This document shows, piece after piece, positions 43,129 through 53,292 of a DNA stretch of 64,000 nt. Made by a program: the position numbers and the translations under genes. The notes under the pieces are model-generated. The model was not told the origin of the DNA, did not search any database, and saw only the letters and a program-made list of their open reading frames with translations. Each line of letters starts with the position of its first letter. Position 1 is the first letter of the stretch. Source of the stretch: a virus (lineage: Duplodnaviria > Caudoviricetes); the IMG/VR virus record IMGVR_UViG_3300031853_000013, positions 1 through 64,000 of that record. The stretch is one strand, 5' to 3'.

Positions 43129-45630
43129 TTATGCGGTACCAGTCCAGTTGATCGTAAAGTTTGTAGCGCCCCATCCAGTAGCATATCCAGGAATAGCGTT
43201 GGCTTTGCGATTGATGTTGAATGTTACACCATCACATCCAGCGAACGCAGAAGAGTTGATTGTTGTCATTGTATTCGGAAGATTAACAGTGGTTAGACTT
43301 GTGCAATTGAGAAATGCATTGGTATTAATAGTTTTAAGCACCGGATTAGACGCTGATGATGGTGTAAAGGTTACCATATTACTACACCCTTCAAAAGCGT
43401 TCGCATTAATTGTCGTTACCTTCGGCGGTAATATAAAATCGACAAACCCAACACATCCTCTAAAGCAACCAGTACCAATAGACGTCCACAATGGCGCCGT
43501 TATAGAAGCGAGACTTGTACAACCATCAAACATGTAAGACGAACTTCCAGTTTGCTTAGAGATCGTTGCTGATTGCAAAGCCGTACAATTCTCAAACGTA
43601 CTAGCGCCTATCGAAGTTGGCATAGAAAGGATTATTGATGTAAGACTAGTACAACCGCTAAAGCACTTCTCTCCAACAGTGTAAGTCTTAGCATTTTCGG
43701 TAAACGTTGTCAAACCGGTACATCCAGCAAATGCTTGAATGCCTACGGATGTTACTGCTGTTGGAAGAGCGAAAGACGTTAATGAGGAGCAACCGTAAAA
43801 TGCCGTCTTAGCGATAGTCTTTATTGTCGACTGGAGTTCGATCGATGTTAACGATCTACAACCAGAGAAGCAGCCTTCACCAATAGTCGTATACTTTTCA
43901 CCGATAACCGTGGTCGACGGATTCTCAGTGTTGACGGTAACCGTTCGTAGATTATAGCAGTCTTGGAATCCGTATGCGGGCATGGTGGTAGTATTACGCG
44001 GAAGGGTAATCGTGACAAGACTTTCACATCCCCGACACATGCCACTACCCATGGACGTAACCGTTTTAGCAATTGGCAAATTCGCTAGATTAGTGCAATT
44101 AGAAAACGCATAGTTACCTATGGATGTTAATTTTACAGTTTGACCGTCTGGAATTACGTATTCAAATTTCTCCATCGCACTGCATTCAGTAAAAGCAAAT
44201 TGACCAATAGAGGTAACAGTATAAGGAATGCGTACGGCAGTTCCTTCTGAAACGGTGGCCGTTATACTCGGATATCGAATGTCAATAAGACTTTTACAAT
44301 TTTCAAATGCGTATGCGTCGATAGAAGTAATTAACGAAGACGAATCATCGTAATCTATTATTACAACCGATATGAGCGATTCGCACCCGGAAAACGATGA
44401 CGCCGGTATTTTTTTAGGCGTGTCGAACGTTAGCTTGATCGTTTCTAGACTTGTACAATTTTCAAAAGAACCAACATCAGGATTTATTACATCTTCTGAT
44501 TGAAATGACTTTAATGATGTGCAATTAGCAAAACCGCTTTCATATACGCGAGTCGGTCTATCGGTCAAGAATACATTGGCGAGTTTTGTACAACCAAAAA
44601 ACATTTGCGTGCCAACTGGATAGTACCAATCACTAGAGGCCGGCATTTTTACAGTTTCCAGATTCTCGCATCCCATGAACATAGAACTAATGCTATTTAC
44701 GCCATTGCCGGTCAATGGCATGTTGTCATCGGAATAGTCTAAGTGCGTGAGATCAGCATATGTCAATTGCTTACAGTCTTTAAACGCGCTGTCATATATG
44801 TCTATAACGCAATGTGACCCATATACCATCTCGTCTTTTTCTGGTAAAACCAACTGTGTAATAGCGCTACCTTCAAAAGCGCTTTCCCCGATGGTGTATA
44901 TCGTTGGCGTTATAATATTACTAACATTAGTTAAACCAGTACCTTTAAACATGCTGTCGGAAATAAACCACAAATTTTCGGGCATATCGACGGTCGTCAA
45001 TGATTCACAGCCGTCGAACATAGATACGTACGTATCGCGAGCGTAATCGTCTGGCCATAACGAACCACCAGACATACGCTCTTGAACTATTTCTGAAGCC
45101 GTTCTAATATTCACGTTAGTCGGCAGATCAATCTCGGTAATCGATTCACAACCCTTGAAGCAGTGTTTTCCGAATGTAACGTTATTATCTGGAATCTCGA
45201 TCTCAAGAAGACTGGAGCAATTTAAGAAAGCATCGTCCTGTATTTCAATTGTCCCTTCCGGAATAACGATCGACTCGATTGAAGTAATACCCTTGAACGC
45301 TTCGCTGCCGATTACTGTACACTCGGTGGGAATAATCGCACTGATCGTGTTGGTGCTAAGTCTAAAAGTAGTCGGATCACTAATAAATATTGCACCGCTA
45401 CTACTTCCGCCTTCTTGTTGAGAAAGCTTGTAAAGAGCGTCGTGAATAGCCATTCGAATATCTTTTCCGTACGTCCCTTCACGAATGACCGCTAACTCGC
45501 CTTTAATTGCTGACCCAGGATACATGAGTTTTACCAGCTTCTCTAAAGCTGAGTCGACATTGCTTAGTACTTCTTCCCCGCCAGGTTTAGACTTTATAGC
45601 ATCAAGTTGGGAACTAATATCAACTGCCAT
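43129..45630 (-). CDS. BspA-type leucine-rich repeat protein, probable tail fibre/adhesin
   Basis: Many IGxxAFxGCxSLxSIxLP repeats; N-terminal GKDIRMAIHDAL motif. Confidence 0.85.
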   Translation of the reverse strand: MAVDISSQLDAIKSKPGGEEVLSNVDSALEKLVKLMYPGSAIKGELAVIREGTYGKDIRMAIHDALYKLSQQEGGSSSGAIFISDPTTFRLSTNTISAIIPTECTVIGSEAFKGITSIESIVIPEGTIEIQDDAFLNCSSLLEIEIPDNNVTFGKHCFKGCESITEIDLPTNVNIRTASEIVQERMSGGSLWPDDYARDTYVSMFDGCESLTTVDMPENLWFISDSMFKGTGLTNVSNIITPTIYTIGESAFEGSAITQLVLPEKDEMVYGSHCVIDIYDSAFKDCKQLTYADLTHLDYSDDNMPLTGNGVNSISSMFMGCENLETVKMPASSDWYYPVGTQMFFGCTKLANVFLTDRPTRVYESGFANCTSLKSFQSEDVINPDVGSFENCTSLETIKLTFDTPKKIPASSFSGCESLISVVIIDYDDSSSLITSIDAYAFENCKSLIDIRYPSITATVSEGTAVRIPYTVTSIGQFAFTECSAMEKFEYVIPDGQTVKLTSIGNYAFSNCTNLANLPIAKTVTSMGSGMCRGCESLVTITLPRNTTTMPAYGFQDCYNLRTVTVNTENPSTTVIGEKYTTIGEGCFSGCRSLTSIELQSTIKTIAKTAFYGCSSLTSFALPTAVTSVGIQAFAGCTGLTTFTENAKTYTVGEKCFSGCTSLTSIILSMPTSIGASTFENCTALQSATISKQTGSSSYMFDGCTSLASITAPLWTSIGTGCFRGCVGFVDFILPPKVTTINANAFEGCSNMVTFTPSSASNPVLKTINTNAFLNCTSLTTVNLPNTMTTINSSAFAGCDGVTFNINRKANAIPGYATGWGATNFTINWTGTA

Positions 45631-45650
45631 TTTGATTCATCTCCTTCTTA

Positions 45651-46424
45651 TTACGGATCCCACTCAACGGTGGCATTTGTAGCACCCCATGGAGCATAGG
45701 AAGAACCTGTTACCTGATCGGCAGATTTACGAATAACAAGCCGACTGATTCCTGTACAGCCAAAGAAAGCCTGCTGCTGTATTTCCAATACTGATGACGG
45801 AATCTCTACAGTTCCACTTATAAGATCACAATTGGCGAAACATCCATTTAGAAACCGCTCGGCACCGTTTTCAAAAGCGAGTTCAGTTATTCTTGCGTTT
45901 TGCAAACACCCGCCTTCGAATGTTTTAATGTTACCGGGAATGGGTCCTCCTATATCCACCAAGCTAGATCCATCGATACTAGCATATACACCTGCTGCCA
46001 TAGTCGCAATACTTCTTGAGAAATTTGCTTTAGTTAGCATAGGACACAAAGACATAAAACCACTAGCCATGTCGGTTATTGCATCGCTAACATGACACAC
46101 ATAAACATTGCCAAACGATATATATTGAGCCGGTGTTATGCCAGTCGAAGTAATCTGAGACCCAAAATGTAACTCCAGTCTAGGATATGCTACTGGATTA
46201 TTGAATTGTGATCTTAAAGCCGTTGAAACTTCTGAATGATCGGTAGACGCTAATAAAATATCGATCGGCTCTAATTCCTCATTAAGAAGTAGAATGCTAA
46301 CCTTTGTCTCGTCAATTGTTATTCCCGGACTTACAGGACTAAAACGCTGCCATAAAAGCTCGTTATCTTTGTAGATCTTCTTTAGGGGTATCTGACCGTA
46401 ATAAATGTGTGGATTATATATCAT
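45651..46424 (-). CDS. BspA-type LRR protein
   Basis: Degenerate LRRs, C-terminal PWGA motif; start reassigned to MIYNPH. Confidence 0.75.
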   Translation of the reverse strand: MIYNPHIYYGQIPLKKIYKDNELLWQRFSPVSPGITIDETKVSILLLNEELEPIDILLASTDHSEVSTALRSQFNNPVAYPRLELHFGSQITSTGITPAQYISFGNVYVCHVSDAITDMASGFMSLCPMLTKANFSRSIATMAAGVYASIDGSSLVDIGGPIPGNIKTFEGGCLQNARITELAFENGAERFLNGCFANCDLISGTVEIPSSVLEIQQQAFFGCTGISRLVIRKSADQVTGSSYAPWGATNATVEWDP

Positions 46425-48213
46425 CTGGTAATGGTGCCCCCTTCCATATGATTTGGCAATCTTCCGGCAAGTAATCAGTAATGGTTGGCGCGTGACCTTC
46501 TTTATATAATTTAGGCGTCCATACATCGCCGTTGGCGTCCATAATACTGTCTTCTTCCCTATAAATAATAATCGTCTTCAATTTAGTACAGGCATGAAAA
46601 ACGCCAAGCTCTGTAGAGAAACTTTGCATTTTAGCGGGATCATCCATAATCTGTGCTACATCTTTTCCTATTATAACGGTTTCTAACTCGTAACACCACC
46701 TGAATGCACCCTTTTGTATAACAGTTGGTCCATTGGGGATGATAATCGATGGTAGACTATAGCATCCCGAAAATGCTTCCTCACCAATTTCAGCGACTGT
46801 TGACGGTATACTAACATGTGCAAGCGAGGTACAGTGCTCGCATACCCCGTTTGATATAGTGCGTAGCCCCTTAGGGAAATCAAGGCTCTTTATAGAACGA
46901 CAATTATAAAAAGCTCTTACACCAATGTTGGTAACGAATGGGGGTATTACAACATTATCCAACAAATAACATAGTGCAAACGCATTATCGCCTATAGTGC
47001 CTAAGTCTGAAGGTAAATCAATGGTCGTTAGAGATTCACAACCAGCGAAGGCCTCTTGCTTAATAATCAGTACGGCGTTTGGTATCTGAATCTCCGGCAA
47101 TTCCCTACAATAATAAAAAGCCCGTTCACCGATACTTTTGCAGTTAACTTCGTCCTGTAGCACAACGATTTTTAGTTTATAACAATATGCAAACGTGTAA
47201 TCATTAATCGTATATTGTGAGCCCGGGTGTGCTACGACCGTTTCAAGATTACCGCACGCCTCAAACGAATGTGCGCCTAGTGATGATGATAATGCGTCGA
47301 ATTCTACACGCTCCAATTCTTCACAATAGCCAAAAGCGTACGGGCCGATATAATGAACCTGACTCAAATCAATATTCTTCAGCTTCGAGCACGTCATAAA
47401 CGCCCGTTCGCCAATACTATTAACCTTATTGATATCAATCGTAATTAATCCGCTTCCATAAAATCCTTGATACTCGATTGTCGTTACGTTATCCGGAAGA
47501 TGTACGTCATCTAATATAGTACAACCGTAAAACATGCTATAAGATATGACGCTCAATGAATTACCGATAGTAATGGATTCTAACCGATAATTAGATTTGA
47601 ATTCCGATCCGCGTGACGACGAAATAACGCATCTATTGGGTATAGCCACCGAACGTAACTGAGTAGATTCGAACGCTCCGTTATAGATTTGCAGCTGTAT
47701 ATCTGATTCTGAAAACGTAAGATATTGCAAGGCACTACCGTTAAAAGCGGCGGATGAAATAACACGTACTGTGCCAGGAACATGAAAAGCTACCATATTA
47801 GGACATGATTGGAACGTTCTTTCTGACACGGCCACTACTCCACATTCCTCGCCAATCCAGATACGGTACATAGCGTCAGGATCGTTCTCGTAATACTCAT
47901 CGAGCTTTGCACGGGCTTCGGAGAGTGTCTTACAATAGAAAATATCATCGGTATCTGCGTCACCATCTAGCATAATTACGGAAATCCAATAGTCTTTCCA
48001 TACCGGTTCTGTTGGATCATATATACAATATGCAACATTCTGATCCTTTACTTCTAAAGCATCATACTCCTCTTGTGTCATAAGCATTTTTGTGGTAGCT
48101 TGGAGACCGTGGTTGTAAAGTATCCAAAGAGCATCTGAAATAGGCCCCCGAATATCTTTACCATATGTACCCTTATGGATTTCTCGTCCTTGTCCCTCTA
48201 TATGTACTGCCAT
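46414..48213 (-). CDS. BspA-type LRR protein with tail-fibre-like motif
   Basis: TQEEYDALEVKDQNVAYCI followed by many LRRs. Confidence 0.85.
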   Translation of the reverse strand: MAVHIEGQGREIHKGTYGKDIRGPISDALWILYNHGLQATTKMLMTQEEYDALEVKDQNVAYCIYDPTEPVWKDYWISVIMLDGDADTDDIFYCKTLSEARAKLDEYYENDPDAMYRIWIGEECGVVAVSERTFQSCPNMVAFHVPGTVRVISSAAFNGSALQYLTFSESDIQLQIYNGAFESTQLRSVAIPNRCVISSSRGSEFKSNYRLESITIGNSLSVISYSMFYGCTILDDVHLPDNVTTIEYQGFYGSGLITIDINKVNSIGERAFMTCSKLKNIDLSQVHYIGPYAFGYCEELERVEFDALSSSLGAHSFEACGNLETVVAHPGSQYTINDYTFAYCYKLKIVVLQDEVNCKSIGERAFYYCRELPEIQIPNAVLIIKQEAFAGCESLTTIDLPSDLGTIGDNAFALCYLLDNVVIPPFVTNIGVRAFYNCRSIKSLDFPKGLRTISNGVCEHCTSLAHVSIPSTVAEIGEEAFSGCYSLPSIIIPNGPTVIQKGAFRWCYELETVIIGKDVAQIMDDPAKMQSFSTELGVFHACTKLKTIIIYREEDSIMDANGDVWTPKLYKEGHAPTITDYLPEDCQIIWKGAPLPDDI

Positions 48214-48232
48214 TTTGAATTTTCACCTCCAA

Positions 48233-49051
48233 TTATCTAAGCCACACAATCTCAGCGTCTGGTGCTCCCCATGGCGCTCCTTCTATGGAGTCTGCTTCCT
48301 TATCGATAACGATTGTTTTCAATGAGTCACATCTTTGAAAAGCATTTTGCCCGATGGCTGTCACAGAATTTGGGATCTCAATTCGTTCGAGATTTTCGCA
48401 ATGAACAAACGCTCCGCCTCCAATGTAAAGTAAACCATCATTTAACTGTATCGACTCTAGTGTGGCTAGTCCCTGAAAAGCACTGTTATCGATATATCGG
48501 AGTAGGGGGTGGCATATGAATTCTTTTATCGCTACATCGTCATTGAATAACCCGAAGGAAATCGTGTCCTCAGTAATGTCATCAAATGCTCGAACATAAT
48601 ATTGAATATTCGTCGACACCCCTTCATCTTCGCTATAATTCTCTTTAAGATATCTACTAAGTGCAGTAAGATTCTGGAATTTATACGCATTACCAGTCCG
48701 TACTCCGGTATTATTATCGTATTCTATCGCTACGATGGAATACGGTTCCACAATGCCGTACAAAGTATCTGGATCTGGAGCAGGAAGCCCGTCATAGGCC
48801 TCCTGTGTCTCCTCAACAATCTCCAGATTTGGATCCATAACAGACTCTGCCATCTTCAGGAGCGCGTCATGAATCGCCATTCGAAGCTTTCGACCCTCCG
48901 GAGAGGTGGCGATTATAGACAACTCCTCATGAATATCTGCTTTGACGTACATTGTGGTGTTAAGAATCCTCATCGCCTCGATGATTGCGGCCGCTACAGG
49001 TTCTCCCAACGCCTGATTGTCCACGATATCGAGTTCATCTATAAATGCCAT
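48233..49051 (-). CDS. BspA-type LRR protein with tail-fibre-like motif
   Basis: TQEAYDGLPAPDPDTLYGI, about 3 LRRs, PWGA. Confidence 0.8.
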   Translation of the reverse strand: MAFIDELDIVDNQALGEPVAAAIIEAMRILNTTMYVKADIHEELSIIATSPEGRKLRMAIHDALLKMAESVMDPNLEIVEETQEAYDGLPAPDPDTLYGIVEPYSIVAIEYDNNTGVRTGNAYKFQNLTALSRYLKENYSEDEGVSTNIQYYVRAFDDITEDTISFGLFNDDVAIKEFICHPLLRYIDNSAFQGLATLESIQLNDGLLYIGGGAFVHCENLERIEIPNSVTAIGQNAFQRCDSLKTIVIDKEADSIEGAPWGAPDAEIVWLR

Positions 49052-49071
49052 TTATACCCCTCCCTCATAAA

Positions 49072-49335
49072 TTAAACGGTATGCTTAACTCTATCGGCTT
49101 CTTCGGCTCGCTTACCGTCGTTCCAGCGGCCCATATCGCCTACGAGATATCCGGTGATGCGACGAATGCGCTCGAACGGAATATCCTTGAGTGTCCATTC
49201 CAGATCAACGTACTCGCCGTCAACCTTGATAGTAACACTCTCGAGTTCTCTCTTGCCGACCTTCTCCTTGACATAGTCGACGTAAATCTTCTTTTCATCA
49301 GGGTGAATAGCTTCACCAATAACTTTTACTTCCAT
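49072..49335 (-). CDS. Stand-alone NrdD-type glycyl-radical domain protein
   Basis: RIRRITGYLVG...WNDGKRAEEADRVKH matches the class III RNR C-terminus; only 87 aa. Confidence 0.8.
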   Translation of the reverse strand: MEVKVIGEAIHPDEKKIYVDYVKEKVGKRELESVTIKVDGEYVDLEWTLKDIPFERIRRITGYLVGDMGRWNDGKRAEEADRVKHTV

Positions 49336-49359
49336 TTTGATGACCTCCTTTGGGATACT

Positions 49360-49831
49360 TTAAGCGAATACGCCTATTATTGAGACCTTAGCTGCAGCCC
49401 CTTTTGTACTGATAGTCATTGATCCAGTGCTCGGCGTAAAGCTATAATATTGACCGTTGACGTTGGGACTACTAGCTCTAAAGCTTACTATTAGATAGCC
49501 ACTGATATTGCTAGTAACACCCATGTCTGATAACGGACACGGAAAAGCAATGTAATGCTCAGAATAAACACTGTTATATGCCATTTGACCAAAAATATAA
49601 AGTGTGTGAATCTGATTGTAATATACAGCATGCAAATCGGCACTTGAAACATTGTAGCTAGACGTTAGGTCATAAATTTCTATACCACTCGGAATCCCAA
49701 GAATATCATTTGGAAACTCCTCAAAGCCATCGTTCTCGCCAACGACCCCCCATTGTGGTGATGGCATTAGCGATATCAGTTTTGGCTGTAATGAGCCTGG
49801 AAAGGTTTTCTGCTATTGTGTGTTCAGGCAT
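49360..49831 (-). pseudogene. Tail-associated gene split by a frameshift in a G6 run
   Basis: AAGGAGG-led ORF MPEHTIAENLSRLITAKTDIANAITTMG joins VVGENDGFEEFPNDIL... if the run at 49746-49751 is G5 or G8. Confidence 0.6.
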
Positions 49832-49846
49832 TTTTAAGACCTCCTT

Positions 49847-52800
49847 TTAAGATATACTGATGAATAATCCGTTATTAAAATGTAGTGTACTTGTGGTACC
49901 GTCAGGGTTAGCAACGGGTATATCACCTGTAGCGCCATATGCACCACCCCATCCAGCAGGATAAACAAGACCGTTTAACACTATAGGACCATCGAGTATT
50001 ATAGGACCGTTACCAGTCGCAACTATTCGAATACCGGTGGCTCCTCCTTGATATACGTCACCCATGTAAATTCTTCCGGCTACTGTCCACGGACGCTGAG
50101 TGTCTGGTGGATCATTATATACGCTTCCTTCTATGATACCATCATTGATCATAATTTGACGCGTCTGGCCACCATAGTCTGCCGCTATACCCTGCTGCAA
50201 TATACCTTTATCCTTGTTTATTTCGACCATGTTTCCATGATCTTCATCTGATCCCCAAGGCAGTTTTGTTGGACTCTTGATGATTATCTGACCATCTGGA
50301 TGGTCCTGGTCACCACCAACGCCAAGAGTCAGCGTGCCACCCAGAATTTTATCGGCGTACATGGTGCCAAACAATGCAGAGTTTGCAAGAATCTGGCCGG
50401 TACCGTTAGCGAGTGTAATTGTTGACGGATTTCCGACACCGTTGCCATAGAATACTTGACCATTTGCGTTAATGAGCAAGCATGCAACGTCTTTCATTGG
50501 TCCGTTCGGATCGCTAATATCACTCCAACGAGCACTTGGATAGTCGCCAGTATAATCAACATAGTATCCTTCGGGTTCTGGATGGAGTTCATCCGGGGCA
50601 TGCCATACCTTGAAAAATCCTATACCAGTCGGTTGATCAGCGTCGTTTGTTACTGTGACAACTGCACCAGTCGCAAAGCCATCAATAATAGCGGCTTCAG
50701 CATTCTTCCTGGCCTCGCTTAAAATATAACTCTGACTAGATCCAGCATTAATCTTTGCTAGAAGTTCACTATTGGTGTTATTGTTAATTGAGGTAAGCGT
50801 CTGTACCGTTTCAGAACCGAGATCAAACTGCATATTCTCGGGCTTGTTGAGCGGAATATCAAGAGAGCTAATCTCGAAGAATCGTGCTAGACCATGCGGA
50901 CGAGAAGATACATAGATATACGAGTTAACGTCCAGAGCATCTGTGTCAACGCCAAGGATACTCAGATCAAGCGCCTTTACGGACAGGGTCATCTTATCAA
51001 ACTGACCGGATGCAAGATACGTCTTTGCCTTGTAGTAAAGCTCGTCGGGATTCTCGCACTCATTGAACGTAACGACCTTCTCAATCCAACCGTATTCCTG
51101 AAGAGAGGAGTTAGCGGGTTCGTACATCGACGGAATGCTCGCACCTTGCTCAAACATAAGCTCTGATACTGCACTGATGGCTGTTACTTCATCCGCCACA
51201 TCGTCGTGAGACGAATAGAACATGAACTTAACCTTGGATCTGATTTTCTTGCCAGCATCGTCGCCTTCTTCATATTCGCCTCTATCGGGGATTGTGATTT
51301 TAGCTCCTGAATTATCTGTCATTTTAATCCAATCGGTACTATCAGCATAAGTTCCGTCCTCGTTATAGAAGAACGCCTTAACGTTAATCACACGAGTATC
51401 GTCAGCGGAGGTTTTTGTAGTTCTACCATGAATGAGATAATCACCGGGCTCGAAACCAATTACCTTACTATCGCGATTAAGCGTGTACACGAAGTCTGCC
51501 GTGCGAATTTTACTCATATCGGTAACTTGATTCGGTTTACCAATGAGATCACCAGACTCGAACAATCCACCCTGCTCCATTGACGAATTGAACAGGTTCT
51601 TAGACTCAGCTGTTACGTACAAGCTGCCGTGTTTTTCACCCTTGGTAACCACGAGCTTCGTGACATACTTAAGACCGGTCTCTGGATCGACAACTGTGGG
51701 GTCTGGGAATTCTGCAGTAGACGTAGCGTATTTGAGCATTACCTTTATCTTATACGTAGTGTTACCATCCTCGGGAAGTGTAAATCGAGCAGGTAACGTA
51801 AGCCACTCAGTATTTCCCTTAAATAGTCCTGCATAAGTATACCACAAAACTCTAGCCTGCAATATCTTATCCTCGGTAGTAGCGACATTTATAGAGTACT
51901 GCCCGTTTTCGAAAAATGGATATGTGCTACCATTTTGAATGAAATTGGCCGATCTAATAAAGTGCCTATCTACTTCGCCAGTTTCTCCAGGATTATCCTC
52001 ACCTTTCACGTTGAGCTTGCCGTATTCGAATCCTGGCAAATCTCCTTCTCCAGGCACACCGTCAGTCAAATTTATCGTAGAAACAAGTGCATCCTCAGCG
52101 GTATAGTATTCGTCAAGCTGATCGGTAACTTGTGCTGATACATTTACTCGAAGCTGAATATCGCCACCGAACGAGCCGACGGTCAGTACATAATATTGAT
52201 CAGTCGTGCTCACTGGCACCTCGACAGCTTCTTCGACCATATCGGAAAAACCGAGAGGAACCGACGAATATTTACCTGATGTATACTGAAGTGCAGGATC
52301 CATGGTCTGCCAAGTATACATACCCCATCCGGCGTGCATACGAGAACTGATGTAAATTGTGTTTCTTACTTCGTTTGTAGATGCTTTGATCTTCAGAACG
52401 GCGGTAGAATAGCCTTCCCACCCAGGTTCTCCCTCATGTTCTCTGTTGATGATGTCGCCGCCAGCCTTAATATCGGCTTCTGTATTAATATACGTGCCAA
52501 GGGTTTTTACCTGTACAATTCCCCAACCGCGATCGCTATCATACCTACCAGCGCCCTCCGGATCGAGAGTCAGATCAATCGCATCGCCAATTTGTGTAGT
52601 ATTTGCGCGTGTCTTTACTGCACCAAGGGGTACAATGACAGTAGCGAGTTCAGACATATCGAAATTCGAAGTATAATCGAGAAGGTTCTTGCCGAATTCG
52701 ACAGACTGGGTAGACGAGCTGATAACGCCAGTAAAGAACTTAATGTAATTACCGTATACTCCGTCTATTGTTTTCTTCTCGATCTTCATATGACAATTGT

Positions 52801-53290
52801 AATCCGTACATACCTGATTGAGAACCTCGAGTGTCTGTTCAAACTGTGTTGCTCTATATTCGATGACACCACCTTCAACCGCCTGGTATTCAAAGTAGAT
52901 TTTACGGTTGTCTGGTACTTTTGAGTTATGAATATCAATAACTGACTTGATGAACTGTTCCAAAGTCACGTTACGGTATTCTCTCTGGGGCTGACAGGTA
53001 TCATTGAAGTAAGCAAGAGCGCCCTCGCAATAGATGTGACGGTTCTTCAGAAAATCATAGCTATCCTCAATGATTCTGCCTTCCCAGATTTCTTTATCGT
53101 TTCGCTTAACAGTAAGCGTTGATTTCATTCGTTTAAGTGTGTCATATCCAACATTGACAGGAGGCAGGACCGCGTCTAACGATCCTGCTGCACTGTCTGC
53201 TATTTTGAGCACTGGGGAGTCCATCTTGTACTCAGGTGTTGGATATCGATCATTGTATATGCATACTCCATCAGCGTATATACTATACAT
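49847..53290 (-). CDS. Tail spike / Tal-like minor structural protein
   Basis: Follows Dit; CEGALAYFND, VEFGKNLLDY, YGWIEKVV motifs. Confidence 0.75.
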   Translation of the reverse strand: MYSIYADGVCIYNDRYPTPEYKMDSPVLKIADSAAGSLDAVLPPVNVGYDTLKRMKSTLTVKRNDKEIWEGRIIEDSYDFLKNRHIYCEGALAYFNDTCQPQREYRNVTLEQFIKSVIDIHNSKVPDNRKIYFEYQAVEGGVIEYRATQFEQTLEVLNQVCTDYNCHMKIEKKTIDGVYGNYIKFFTGVISSSTQSVEFGKNLLDYTSNFDMSELATVIVPLGAVKTRANTTQIGDAIDLTLDPEGAGRYDSDRGWGIVQVKTLGTYINTEADIKAGGDIINREHEGEPGWEGYSTAVLKIKASTNEVRNTIYISSRMHAGWGMYTWQTMDPALQYTSGKYSSVPLGFSDMVEEAVEVPVSTTDQYYVLTVGSFGGDIQLRVNVSAQVTDQLDEYYTAEDALVSTINLTDGVPGEGDLPGFEYGKLNVKGEDNPGETGEVDRHFIRSANFIQNGSTYPFFENGQYSINVATTEDKILQARVLWYTYAGLFKGNTEWLTLPARFTLPEDGNTTYKIKVMLKYATSTAEFPDPTVVDPETGLKYVTKLVVTKGEKHGSLYVTAESKNLFNSSMEQGGLFESGDLIGKPNQVTDMSKIRTADFVYTLNRDSKVIGFEPGDYLIHGRTTKTSADDTRVINVKAFFYNEDGTYADSTDWIKMTDNSGAKITIPDRGEYEEGDDAGKKIRSKVKFMFYSSHDDVADEVTAISAVSELMFEQGASIPSMYEPANSSLQEYGWIEKVVTFNECENPDELYYKAKTYLASGQFDKMTLSVKALDLSILGVDTDALDVNSYIYVSSRPHGLARFFEISSLDIPLNKPENMQFDLGSETVQTLTSINNNTNSELLAKINAGSSQSYILSEARKNAEAAIIDGFATGAVVTVTNDADQPTGIGFFKVWHAPDELHPEPEGYYVDYTGDYPSARWSDISDPNGPMKDVACLLINANGQVFYGNGVGNPSTITLANGTGQILANSALFGTMYADKILGGTLTLGVGGDQDHPDGQIIIKSPTKLPWGSDEDHGNMVEINKDKGILQQGIAADYGGQTRQIMINDGIIEGSVYNDPPDTQRPWTVAGRIYMGDVYQGGATGIRIVATGNGPIILDGPIVLNGLVYPAGWGGAYGATGDIPVANPDGTTSTLHFNNGLFISIS

Positions 53291-53292
53291 GA

